Assembly: GCF_001194135.2 (NCBI RefSeq)
Contig: NC_068986.1
Span: 14,955,578-15,005,244, forward strand
Source: Octopus bimaculoides
Taxonomy: Eukaryota
Reading direction: 5' to 3'
DNA: 49,667 nucleotides
The stretch's first letter is position 1. Every line of letters begins with the position of its first letter. The notes beneath the pieces were generated by a model that saw only the letters and a program-made list of their open reading frames with translations, did no database searches and had not been told where the DNA came from. The position numbers and the translations under genes are program-made. Below, one piece after another: positions 40,006 through 49,667 of the stretch.

Positions 40006-40450
40006 TACTTGAAAAAGTTGACGAGGGACTGACCAGAGAGGAAAGCGTTGTCGAATGAAAGCTTCAATAAAAAATGGGTAAATGTGGCAAAATTGGTGAG
40101 TATGAAAGACGACACCATTTTAAGCATTAATTTGTAACAAAAAGAGAAAACGAGAGAAAAGGTACTTACTTTTATGTACATTTTGAACTGCCTCAGGTGA
40201 CCTTGGTGCTTTTTTGTAGGTTTTTCACTCCAAGGATACACCTAAACTGTAAACAATATTTATTCCCGTTTTGGGGAAGATTTATAATTTTTGTACACCA
40301 CACGCCTCAACGATTACAATCCCTATTGACTTGACTTTTCTTTGTGTATCCCACCCAGCCCACCTCGAAAATGAAAAACTCTACGCTTGTATTTCGTCCA
40401 ATTTCTGTGTTCAGCCCTGTGTGACTATAATAAAAACATATCTCTCTATC

Positions 40451-40507
<57 letters not shown>

Positions 40508-40763
40508 GTATGTCTGTCTGTCTGTCTAACCTTTTCGGACCTGTGGGCTTATGCCAAACGGCTGCTGTTACGTGTGGAACGAATTCTGTTGTCGGCCGAG
40601 TGTGTCGTGAAAATTTCACCATCACCTTCCGTTAACCGGGAAGGCAAGGCGGTTTTCATCGTACTGGTAGTTATGGTGAAAGAATGTGTTCGGTGGACTT
40701 GAGCGAATAGGTTTAGAGACAAACACTATACTCTCTGCCCAATCGCTCAACTTTTTCAAGTAC
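40005..40763. mobile_element. Unclassified non-autonomous TIR element
   Basis: Perfect 17-bp inverted repeat GTACTTGAAAAAGTTGA (40005-40021) / TCAACTTTTTCAAGTAC (40747-40763). The left copy sits exactly where LINE homology stops. Confidence 0.65.
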
Positions 40764-40890
40764 CACTTGAAAAGGAAAGTGAGAATAGAGAGGCAAGTTT
40801 TGTCTCATTAAAGATTCAGTAAAACGTGGGGTGAATGTAGCAAAGGTGGTACTCTTGAATGACGAAACAACTTTGAGCATGATCCTGTAA

Positions 40891-40946
<56 letters not shown>

Positions 40947-41171
40947 ATTTTGCTCCCATGCATTTTTTTCCCGCCGTGCCTGAGGTTACCGTAGTTTTTT
41001 CGTGGGCTTTTCTTTCCACCGATAAACCTAATCTGTTTTTTACATTGTTTGATCGGAATTTTTTTCCTCCTTCTTTTCTTATTTTCTTCTTTTTTTTCTT
41101 TCGAAAAGAAAAACGCTACACTGTAAATTGTCCCTTCTGTGTTCGACCCTGTGTGGCTACTAAAGAAAGTC

Positions 41172-41235
<64 letters not shown>

Positions 41236-42300
41236 GTCTGTGTATCTGTCTATCTGTCTGTGTATCTGTCTGCCTGTGTATATGTCTGTCTGTCTGTCTG
41301 TCTGTCTGTCTGGATGTCTGGATATCTGTCTGTATATATATATGTATATTTATATATTCCCTTCCCGTCTTTCTCTATCACGCTCCAGCTCTTTCTTATA
41401 GGTTATTCAATCCTCCAATTCTTGTACTCACTTCACTATCTTTCTCTCCATCTCTCTACTAAACTCTGATATTTTCCTCTTGCTCATTTTCTCACTCCTT
41501 CATGTTATCACAGCTCAAATTTTGTCAAATCCCCCTCCCTCTTTCTCTCCCCACCTCTCGCTCTGTCTTTGTTTCATTGTCGTTCTATCTCTTTATTTAC
41601 TACCCTATTTCCTTCCTATGTATTTAAAAATTCTTAGGCAACCTCTCCTTTCATTCACTCTTTATCTTCTGACCCTCTTCTCGAACACAATTCTCTCTGT
41701 TGGTCCTACTCTTTCTTGTATCCAAATTCCATACATCTTTTATTTATTTTTTTTTACTTTATCTTTATCTTCTGTTTCAGTTACTTTACCATTGTTTCCC
41801 TTATCTTTTACCATTTTTCTCTCCATCACATTTTTATTCATTCTCATCTCGCTATTGTTCCGTCTTCTTCTCTTTCCATTACCTTCCTCTATTTTATGTA
41901 TAATCACTCATATATTTACCTTATTACATAATTTCGTTATGTTTTTTTATATCCATTTTTGTTCTGAATTTATTCGTTCTTGCTTCTTTAATCTCCATTT
42001 CCTTCTCTAAATTCTTTATTCTTTCCTTCATATTTTCCTTCTCTTTTAGCTTTTGTGTTTCTTAATTATTATTTGTTATTTCTTTGTTTTCTTTGGATAT
42101 GTTTGAAGAACTTTCATCTTTCTTGCAGTTTTTTTTATTTTATGTTACTTTATTTCATCGTTCTACTCTATCTTTATTTATTTCTTTCCTTCTGCGTTTC
42201 TTTATTTCTATTTTATTCTTTTAATGGCCGTTTCGAAATACTTTACTCTTCAATGGCTTCTTGTTTTCTCGTCTTGGCTTGAATCGATATTTTCTATATT
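41172..42300. repeat. (ATCT)n/(CTGT)n followed by a ~900-bp pyrimidine-rich low-complexity tract
   Basis: Direct reading; strong T/C strand bias. Confidence 0.85.
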
Positions 42301-43084
42301 GACATTTTCAGATTTCACACTACAGAAACAAACACACAAACGTACCATAATATGATGTTAATTTTAAATCCTCTAGTCACATACACACATATACACACAC
42401 ACGCACACACGCAAGCATGTACACGCTCACACACGCATATATTTATACACTGACGCGTACCGACACGATTCTTTACATATCCAACTATTCAATTTCTAAG
42501 ATAAAGTAATATAAAAAGAGAACAAAAAAGCAAGAAAGCATATATGTATAGAAATAGTGAAATATTCCAGTCTTCCTGGTTGTTTTTGTTATATTTTTAA
42601 TTTATTTTAATTTAGTTTACTTCATTTTTGAAAATTATTTGATTTGGAATTAGCTGACACCAGGGTGAAACAAAATACCAAAAGAAAAATTTAAAAGAAA
42701 AAAAAACAATGTGAAAAATTGACAAATTTAAACCAGGAAAAATTTATAAAAATATGTATATGCATACGACAATGATGAAGTAGAAGACGAATTATGATCG
42801 TATTTAAATAAAGTTGAATTGCTTCCAATACCTTCAGGTATATTTAAGATGAACACTCAACTCAGCTATCTTGTAGGCAAGTTACGGTAAGTGAAGGAAA
42901 GGGTGGCGTATTTTTCTCTGGATAGGAAGTGTGCTATTTATAGTAAAATAGAAATGGCCGCGTAGATACGTTGTTTGCGCAAGAAGATATTCCTTACGAG
43001 TTTACGTCTGTCTATAGAGGCATATTATTTACCATGTAGATGTTTTTCTTGTTATTGTTTAGTTCCAGGTAAGTTATTACTATC

Positions 43085-43255
43085 ACATTCTACCTCTGGA
43101 TATCCTGAAAGTCATAGGCCGGTTTTTCCTTTTGCTTGACCTATAAGGGACCAAAACCGCAATAAACCCCATGAATCGGACGGGAGTCTGTTAGAGGTGT
43201 TACTCATTTTTAGCTGAACAGACGGGAACAACATAAAATAAAGTGTTTTGCTCAC
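43085..43255 (-). mobile_element. SINE family A body fragment
   Basis: GCCGGTTTTTCC..TACTCATTTTTAGCTGA..AAATAAAGTGTTTTGCTCA, as in other family A copies. Confidence 0.5.
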
Positions 43256-43478
43256 GTGCTTTCACCTTACGTCTATAGTTGCTGACCATTTAGGTCCCAG
43301 GTTCTCAAAGTAAGCGTTACCCCCACCCCTAGTGGGCACTGAGACGGTCCAGTTGCTCGCTGGTGGCTACGGAATCGGTAGAGAAAAAGGAGGTGTTGGA
43401 AGGAAGGCAGTGGATTGGGGGACGCCATGAGGTCATTATAATATCATTATAGTATTGTATACAAATTATATAATATTA

Positions 43479-43673
43479 CAGTTCTATATTTAAGAGATGA
43501 GGAATTATTTACATTATTTACATTATCTATATTTGACGGATATTCGTCCTCATCTTGTTTGTTGTTAACACAACGTTTCGGCTGATATACCCTCCAGCCT
43601 TCGTCAGGTGTCTTGGGGAAATTTCGAACCTGGGTTCTCATTCCTATCGATGTTACTATTATTATTATTATTA

Positions 43674-43719
<46 letters not shown>

Positions 43720-43780
43720 CAGGTCGATGCCGTGAATCGAACTCGGAACCTTGGGGTTAGTAGCCCGCGCTCTTAACCAC
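43479..43780 (-). mobile_element. tRNA-head/(TAA)n/hammerhead element, left arm
   Basis: Reverse complement of 43910-44177 with at least 2 substitutions and different (TAA)n lengths. It extends 31 nt further at the 3' end. Confidence 0.88.
43567..43612 (-). ncRNA. Minimal type I hammerhead ribozyme
   Basis: GACAC-CUGACGA-A-GGCUG(GAGGGUAUAU)CAGCC-GAAAC-GUU-GUGUU; all core nucleotides are canonical. Confidence 0.85.
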
Positions 43781-43898
43781 NNNNNNNNNNNNNNNNNNNN
43801 NNNNNNNNNNNNNNNNNNNNNNNNNNNNNNNNNNNNNNNNNNNNNNNNNNNNNNNNNNNNNNNNNNNNNNNNNNNNNNNNNNNNNNNNNNNNNNNNTA

Positions 43899-43952
43899 TG
43901 GCGTAGTGGTTAAGAGCGCGGGCTACTAACCCCAAGGTTCCGAGTTCGATTC
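43899..43952 (+). promoter_or_regulatory. Internal Pol III (type 2) promoter, A and B boxes
   Basis: Matches TRGCNNARYGG and GTTCRANNC with tRNA-like spacing. Confidence 0.75.
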
Positions 43953-43966
43953 ACGGCAGCGACCTG

Positions 43967-44003
<37 letters not shown>

Positions 44004-44073
44004 TAATAATAATAATAATAATAATAATAGTAACATCGATAGGAATGAGAACCCAGGTTCGAAATTTCCCCAA

Positions 44074-44119
44074 GACACCTGACGAAGGCTGGAGGGTATA
44101 TCAGCCGAAACGTTGTGTT
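44074..44119 (+). ncRNA. Minimal type I hammerhead ribozyme
   Basis: Stem I GACAC/GUGUU, core CUGACGA (44079-44085), stem II GGCUG/CAGCC, GAAA (44107-44110), palindromic stem III AACGUU. Predicted cleavage is after U44114. Confidence 0.85.
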
Positions 44120-46014
44120 AACAACAAACAAGATGAGGACGAATATCCGTCAAATGTAGATAATGTAAATAATGTAGTTATATAATATTATATTAAATAT
44201 CAAAGGATTCAGAGTATGTATAACTTAGTAAAATATAAGATATTTGTTCATATATAAAAATAGAGGTGGGGTGCTGAGGGTGTTATGTGGCCATGTGTGG
44301 GGCGGTGACCCTAAAAGTTTGAGAACCTCTGATTTAGGATATAGTTTCTCGTTTTTTTCTTCTTGTTATTGTTTAACTCCAGGTGGGTTATGCTTAAGCA
44401 GAAAGATAAGCTATGACTGGAACTATCCCACAATCGTATCGTTCATGTCGTTTTCTATCATACGTTGACCAAGAAGAACCACATTATCGAATGTAAATTG
44501 TGTCGAAAGAATGTCTAGAAAAACACTTTATACACACGTTATGAAGCATGGGTCATAGCTGTTGATCCTTAGATATTTGGTTGGGATTTTTTGCTGTTGG
44601 TCAATGGTATCTTAACCACCTCTGTTGTTCCTGGGCTGTCTCCAGAAGCAAATGCCTCTCGGAAAATATACTAACCAACACCCCACTTATATTTAAGCCA
44701 CGATAGAAGGACAAGTCAATGCATTCGCAGCATCCAGGACGTGCCAGATTTTGTTATGCATGGCTCTAGATATGTATATAAGAGTTTCTTCCTTCGTGGT
44801 TTTCGTATGGGGTTTACTCCCTTAGCCTTTTATAAACCTTCAATACACCACAAAGAAACACGGGTTCATTATTATCGTGGGGCATGGCTTGTACAGAACC
44901 AGTTCCACTCTCTCGCCCTTTAAAGATGTATTGGTCTGGTGCAGCCAGTGCCACGATCCCAGTAGTTATCAGGGTGCTGGATTTATATGGGATCACCTTA
45001 ACTACAAAGTTGAAGGATCTCGTCTGCCTTTCAGTTCTTTCGGTCATTGGGGTGTTTGTGAGTGACCTTCTTTCGAGGACAAATCAGTAACATTCTAAGA
45101 TCCTACTACATGGAGTCAAAGTAGACCTGAGAACAATAGTGGCTAAGATTTGGTTACACACTCCTCAAATCTCTGCAATTCTCATATTAAGGACTTTGTC
45201 ATGTATTCTTCTTACATGTGACAAAGCTGAATGTATTTTCATTGCGAGTTTATTGATTATATACTTGAAACCATTGTTGGCATGCTGTTGTATTTTTAGA
45301 AGAATAATACATTGTACATGTCCTGTGTTACTTCCTCACTCTATCAAGAATAGATACTGGAGTTTTATCGCCGAGAGAAAGGAGTCCGACCATGAGAAAA
45401 GCTTATAAATAATTCACTTTGCGCCAAGAAACCACAGAATGAAACAATACTAAAGACTTATTCACTGCTATTACGTGAACAGATCTGCATTGAATAATGT
45501 CTTGTGTCTAGGGAAACAGCGAAATGTTTACCGCTCGTGTAAAATTATCTTTCAGCCAGATGCATTAACCTTTCATTCATTTTGGCGAAAATAAGATCAT
45601 TTTAGAAAATGAAGAATGAATGACCGGAAGAATTCAGATCTGCATAAATTTATTTCTCCTTCAAAAGTCTATTATCAGCTAACTACCAGAAATCCGTTAT
45701 TCAGCGTCACGGATTTTCAAGTATATATGTAAAAAGAGAACTGTCATATGGAAAGATTGGATACCTAAAAACATATAAAAAAGGGAAATATATTTTGAAG
45801 GAAACAAGGAATAAATCTTACATCTTCGATTGGTTTCTGATTAGTTTCATCAGTGTAGTGTTACGGTGTGGAGAGCTAAATATCCCAAAGTGTCGAAACA
45901 CTAGTTTGACACGGCATCTTCAGGTGATCTATGAACTATATGCATAAATACATGAAGTAAACAATTTAGATTAAAGCGCTCTTTCTGTGACATTTCCTTT
46001 CATATTTTGGCACG

Positions 46015-46210
46015 GGGCCAGCAGTTTGGTGTACGGCGGTAAGTCGATTACATCAACTGCAGTACTCAACTGGCAATTATTTTATCAACCCTAAAAGGAT
46101 CAAAACCAAAGTTGATCCCGCCGGAATATGTATCCAGTGCGTAAAGAGGGACGAAATGCTACGGAGCACTTTGCCCGGCGTGCTAACAATTGTGTCAGCT
46201 CGTCGACCAC
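46015..46210 (+). mobile_element. SINE body/tail module
   Basis: GTAAGTCGATTACATCAAC..CCCTAAAAGGATCAAAACCAAAGTTGATCCCGCCGGAAT..GCGTGCTAACAATT. Confidence 0.65.
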
Positions 46211-47249
46211 AGATTTTATTTTTAAAAGTGAAATATTTGATAAACTTGAGAATTTACGTTGTCTCATTTATTGTGTGAGATCCGTAAAACCACTCATATA
46301 ATGATTAAAATGGGTAACGTTCAGTATTTTTTATTAGACCGATGGCTTGAAGAGAGACCAAAGTTCGCAAGTTGGACTTCTATTTAAAACGTCATAAGAC
46401 TTACAAGCCATAACATGAGTGGTTGACAGACACAACGGTCCCAGTGATGCGCCCGAAGCAAGGTCACCTAATGTATTATTTGCTGAGTCTACTAGAATTG
46501 GTACCATTTACTTTTGTCTATATTCATGACCATAGAAGCAACGATAAATAATTTTTGAATATTTCACGTACAATATTTTTACAATGTGCTTTGAATATTC
46601 TTGGTAGAAAGCGGTGTTGTAATAATGTTATAAAATATTGATTCTAGAAAATATCTTATATAACAATTTAAATATATCTTTAGTTGCATTATTAGACAAA
46701 TAAAAAAAAAAAGGAAATTCTCTAAGGTGCTAACAAGCTTATTCCAAAGATCCAATCTAGTAGATGGCATTCTGTTATTCATTTATGTTTTGCTTTTATT
46801 GTTATCGTTGATATTTCTGCTTTGTTACGGAAACTTTTGAAACGAAATTCATACGAATTCTGTCGAAGATCTGACACATTAAGGAAACAATACAAGAATT
46901 CGTGCTAAACAGAAACTTTACAAGGAGCCAATTAACCAAAATACTATAAGTTATCTGAAGTACTTGACATTTAATGCAGTACGTAGCGACGATCGAAGGA
47001 AACCTAATTGTAGTTTATAGTTACAGATAAGTGCTTTAGTCACAAATTATTAATTAAAAACTAATGATCTGTGTAATTCTTTGTCGCAACCATATTGCTA
47101 GCTTTATCTCTGTGGTGCCTCATAATTTCCCATTCCGTCGACTTAATCATTTTTTCTTCTTTATAGGATTTAAACACACTTCAAGTGTGTTATATACATC
47201 TTATATATATGTCCTCTCTTTTCTCTTTTACTTGCTTCAGTTATTTCAC

Positions 47250-47427
47250 TGTAGCCATGCTAGAGCACTGCCTTTTATTCGAAGAAATCGACCACTGGTT
47301 TTATTTTTGTAAGCCTGGTGCTTTTTCTACCAGTCTCTTCTGCCGATCCGCTATGTTACAGGAACGTAAATACAATAACATCGGTTGTCAAGCGATCGTG
47401 GAGGAGGGAACAAACATAGACACAGAC
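47250..47427 (+). mobile_element. SINE body module C
   Basis: TAGAGCACTGCC..GAAATCGACC..TAAGCCTGGT..GCCGATCCGCTATGTTACAGGAACGTAAA..GGTTGTCAAGCG. Confidence 0.7.
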
Positions 47428-47447
47428 GCATAAATACATACATATAT

Positions 47448-47606
47448 ACGACAGTCTTCTTTTAATTTCCGTCTACCAAATCCACTCACAAAGCCTTGGT
47501 CGGCCCGAGGCTATAGTGTAGCAGACACTTGCCCAAGGTGCCACGCAGCGGGACTGAACACAGAACCATGCGGTTGGGAAGAAAGCTTCTTAGCACACAA
47601 CCACGC
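47448..47606 (-). mobile_element. tRNA-derived SINE (family B)
   Basis: Well-preserved reverse-complement homolog of 33021-33178, with B box GTGTTCAGTCCC. Confidence 0.8.
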
Positions 47607-47718
47607 TTGCACCTATTGTATATACATATATGCATGCATATATGTATATATATATATATATATGTGTGTGTGTATATATATATATACATACATATACATA
47701 AAAGTTATTATACATATA

Positions 47719-48331
47719 TACATGGTGCGATGAGTAAATAGTCGGCATTATATATTTTTAATCATGCGCATGCACATTGTCTTTGATTTTGTTGACTACG
47801 CAGTATAGTAGGGCCAGCTGGGCACTGTCCATCAGAAAAACAGCACCATGACGCAATTCACTGTGCCTGAAATTTGGAAACGACATGCTGTACTGCTTGA
47901 CATTCGCGCCGGAAGCTCCAATACGAACATTCCAGAGTGTTTGGGTGTCAATCTGAGAAGTGTGCAGAGGATTCGGAAAGAGTTGGGTGAATCTAATGGT
48001 GATTACGAAGGTACGGCAGTTCAGAAAACTCGCTCTGATCGTTCTGATAAGAAAAGGACTTCTGAACTTGATGGTGAGATCCAGGCCATGATTGACAACG
48101 ATCCCTCCAAGTCAATCAGGTCTATCACCAGAGACGTGGGAGCGTCTGAGTTTCTCATCAGGCGGGTAGTGCATGAAGACTTTCGGTGTTCCTCATACAA
48201 GATGAAAAGGAGCAATTTTTATCCCAAGTCATCAAAGACTAGAGGAAAGACCGCACTACAAAGTTTTTGAACAAACCTAAGCATCCTCTCCAACCTAACA
48301 TGCTTCGGTTTTTCTCAGACGAGAAAAATTT
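47719..48331 (+). mobile_element. Tc1/mariner DD37D element, 5' half (TA + putative TIR + HTH region up to SDEKN)
   Basis: ORF 47848-48270 (..GVNLRSVQRIRKEL..DNDPSKSIRSITRDVG..HEDF) is a transposase HTH region. After a frameshift it reads KHPLQPNMLRFFSDEKN, then (GT)n. Confidence 0.85.
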
Positions 48332-48349
48332 ATGTGTATGCGTGTGCGC

Positions 48350-48389
<40 letters not shown>

Positions 48390-48554
48390 CGAATTTCAAG
48401 TGTGTAGATAAAGCTTAACAATAAAGAGCACAAATACGATTTGTTGGAATAAACAGAAGGAAACGAACTCAGTGCCAAAAAGCACGAAACGCTCCGCTCT
48501 TGAGTCTCTTATGCAACGCTGTCTTTTACCTGTTTAAGTTATTAGACTGAGGCC

Positions 48555-48700
48555 AAGCTGGGGCACCGTCTTGAGGAATTATTAGTCAAGTTTATCGACC
48601 CCAGTATATATTTTTTAAATGCCTGGTACTTAATGATATCGAGATTTGCCTAACCGGTAGTTGCAGGGACGTAAACACAACAGCACCATTTGTCAAGAGT
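48555..48700 (+). mobile_element. SINE body module C
   Basis: GGGGCACCGTCTTG..TTATCGACCCCAGTA..GCCTGGTACTT..GGGACGTAAACAC. Confidence 0.6.
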
Positions 48701-48876
48701 AGGGTCAAGCGTAGATATATATANNNNNNNNNNNNNNNNNNNNNNNNNNNNNNNNNNNNNNNNNNNNNNNNNNNNNNNNNNNNNNNNNNNNNNNNNNNNN
48801 NNNNNNNNNNNNNNNNNNNNNNNNNNNNNNNNNNNNNNNNNNNNNNNNNNNNNNNNNNNNNNNNNNNNNNNNNNNN

Positions 48877-48917
<41 letters not shown>

Positions 48918-49157
48918 AATATATGTGCGCGCACACACATACATTGATATAACTTTATTTGGGCACTCCATTCAAATCACTAGTCTTATGTTGTTTCTAA
49001 TACTTATTTTATAATGATGCTATTGTTCATTATTTTTTTCAGATCTTGATTATCGAACCGCTCAGTTACGAGTCCTAATGGTGCACAATTTAAGCAATAT
49101 CAGAGTTTCAACCCTCGTTCATTCACACATACATACATACACACGCACATACAAACA

Positions 49158-49300
49158 CGATAGTGCTTCTGCACAGTTTCAGTGTATTAAATTACATTCT
49201 CAGAGAATTTAGATGAAGATATTACATTAACGTCTACGTAGTTGGACTGAACGCGGAACTTCTTACTTTCGAAGCAAAGCTCTTAACCATAAACCCCATG
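49158..49300 (-). mobile_element. tRNA-derived SINE (family B), highly degenerate
   Basis: GGACTGAACGCGGAAC..GAAGCAAAGCTCTTAACCAT resembles 47550-47606. Confidence 0.5.
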
Positions 49301-49440
49301 CATACATGTCTTCCAGGAATTATGTCTCATATCTTATCGCCGGGTTTTTCTACATATATTGTTTCCTTTGTCTCTCCCTCTCTTGTTCGAGTGTGTAGTC
49401 AGTCAGTGACACGACATTTTTAATGTGTATGTGTGAGTGT

Positions 49441-49472
<32 letters not shown>

Positions 49473-49667
49473 TTGCGCGCATTTGCATGTGTGAGTGAGA
49501 GTGTGTGTATATACGTAATTTGTTTGCACGTGACTGAATATGCATATATATTTATGCGTGTGAGTGTGTCTCCTTATATATATAAACAAACATGCACACA
49601 GACACACGCACATATATATGCTTTTATAAATATCCTTGTTGCTTATTTTGATTATATATATATATAT

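Larger units (their letters stand above)
43897..44177 (+). mobile_element. tRNA-head/(TAA)n/hammerhead element, right arm
   Basis: A box TGGCGTAGTGG (43899-43909), B box GTTCGATTC (43944-43952), (TAA)n ~43967-44029, hammerhead at 44074-44119. Confidence 0.88.
43296..44331. mobile_element. hAT (Charlie-like) MITE carrying a nested insertion
   Basis: Ends CCCAGGTTCTCAAAG / GTTTGAGAACCTCTG form an imperfect TIR. The flanking 8-mers ATTTAGGT (43288-43295) and ATTTAGGA (44332-44339) match 7/8, as expected for a hAT TSD. Confidence 0.75.

Noticed and set aside
43897-43966. Functional tRNA gene
   Set aside because: A and B boxes are present, but the acceptor stem does not pair and the anticodon stem has only 3 bp. 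It is a tRNA-derived head.
44877-45065. Short ORF containing CSQCH (CxxCH-like)
   Set aside because: 62 aa with no other domain context; overlapping frames are equally open, so it is likely chance.
45820-45925. Two hammerhead-like words on minus (CUGAUGA at ~45847-45853, CUGAAGA at ~45917-45923)
   Set aside because: Neither has a proper stem II closed by GAAA or a valid stem III. At most they are decayed relics.

Overview
AT-rich, microsatellite-dense animal genomic DNA from a gapped draft assembly (7 N-runs). It is most likely an octopus/cephalopod intergenic or long-intron region; this is inferred from the repeat landscape, not from a search. I can support no intact host protein-coding gene. 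Most long ORFs in the track are microsatellite or N-gap artefacts. Recognisable content is mobile-element debris: a 3'-truncated L1/Tx1-type LINE (APE + N-terminal RT, 38350-40005), three R4/Dong-type RLE-LINE fragments, a Penelope-like RT fragment, four Tc1/mariner relics (DD34D, DD37D, DUF4817-type), a hAT MITE with an 8-bp TSD, an unclassified TIR element and many tRNA-derived SINE pieces. The most notable structure is a short non-coding element made of a tRNA-derived Pol III head, a (TAA)n spacer and a minimal type I hammerhead ribozyme. It occurs as a head-to-head inverted pair bounded by a 13-bp direct repeat (43479-44177), nested in the hAT MITE, and as a decayed third copy (7795-8165). 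A second, different hammerhead with a non-canonical core lies at 2758-2794. Two complementary halves of a DD37D transposase 36 kb apart suggest a large inversion.
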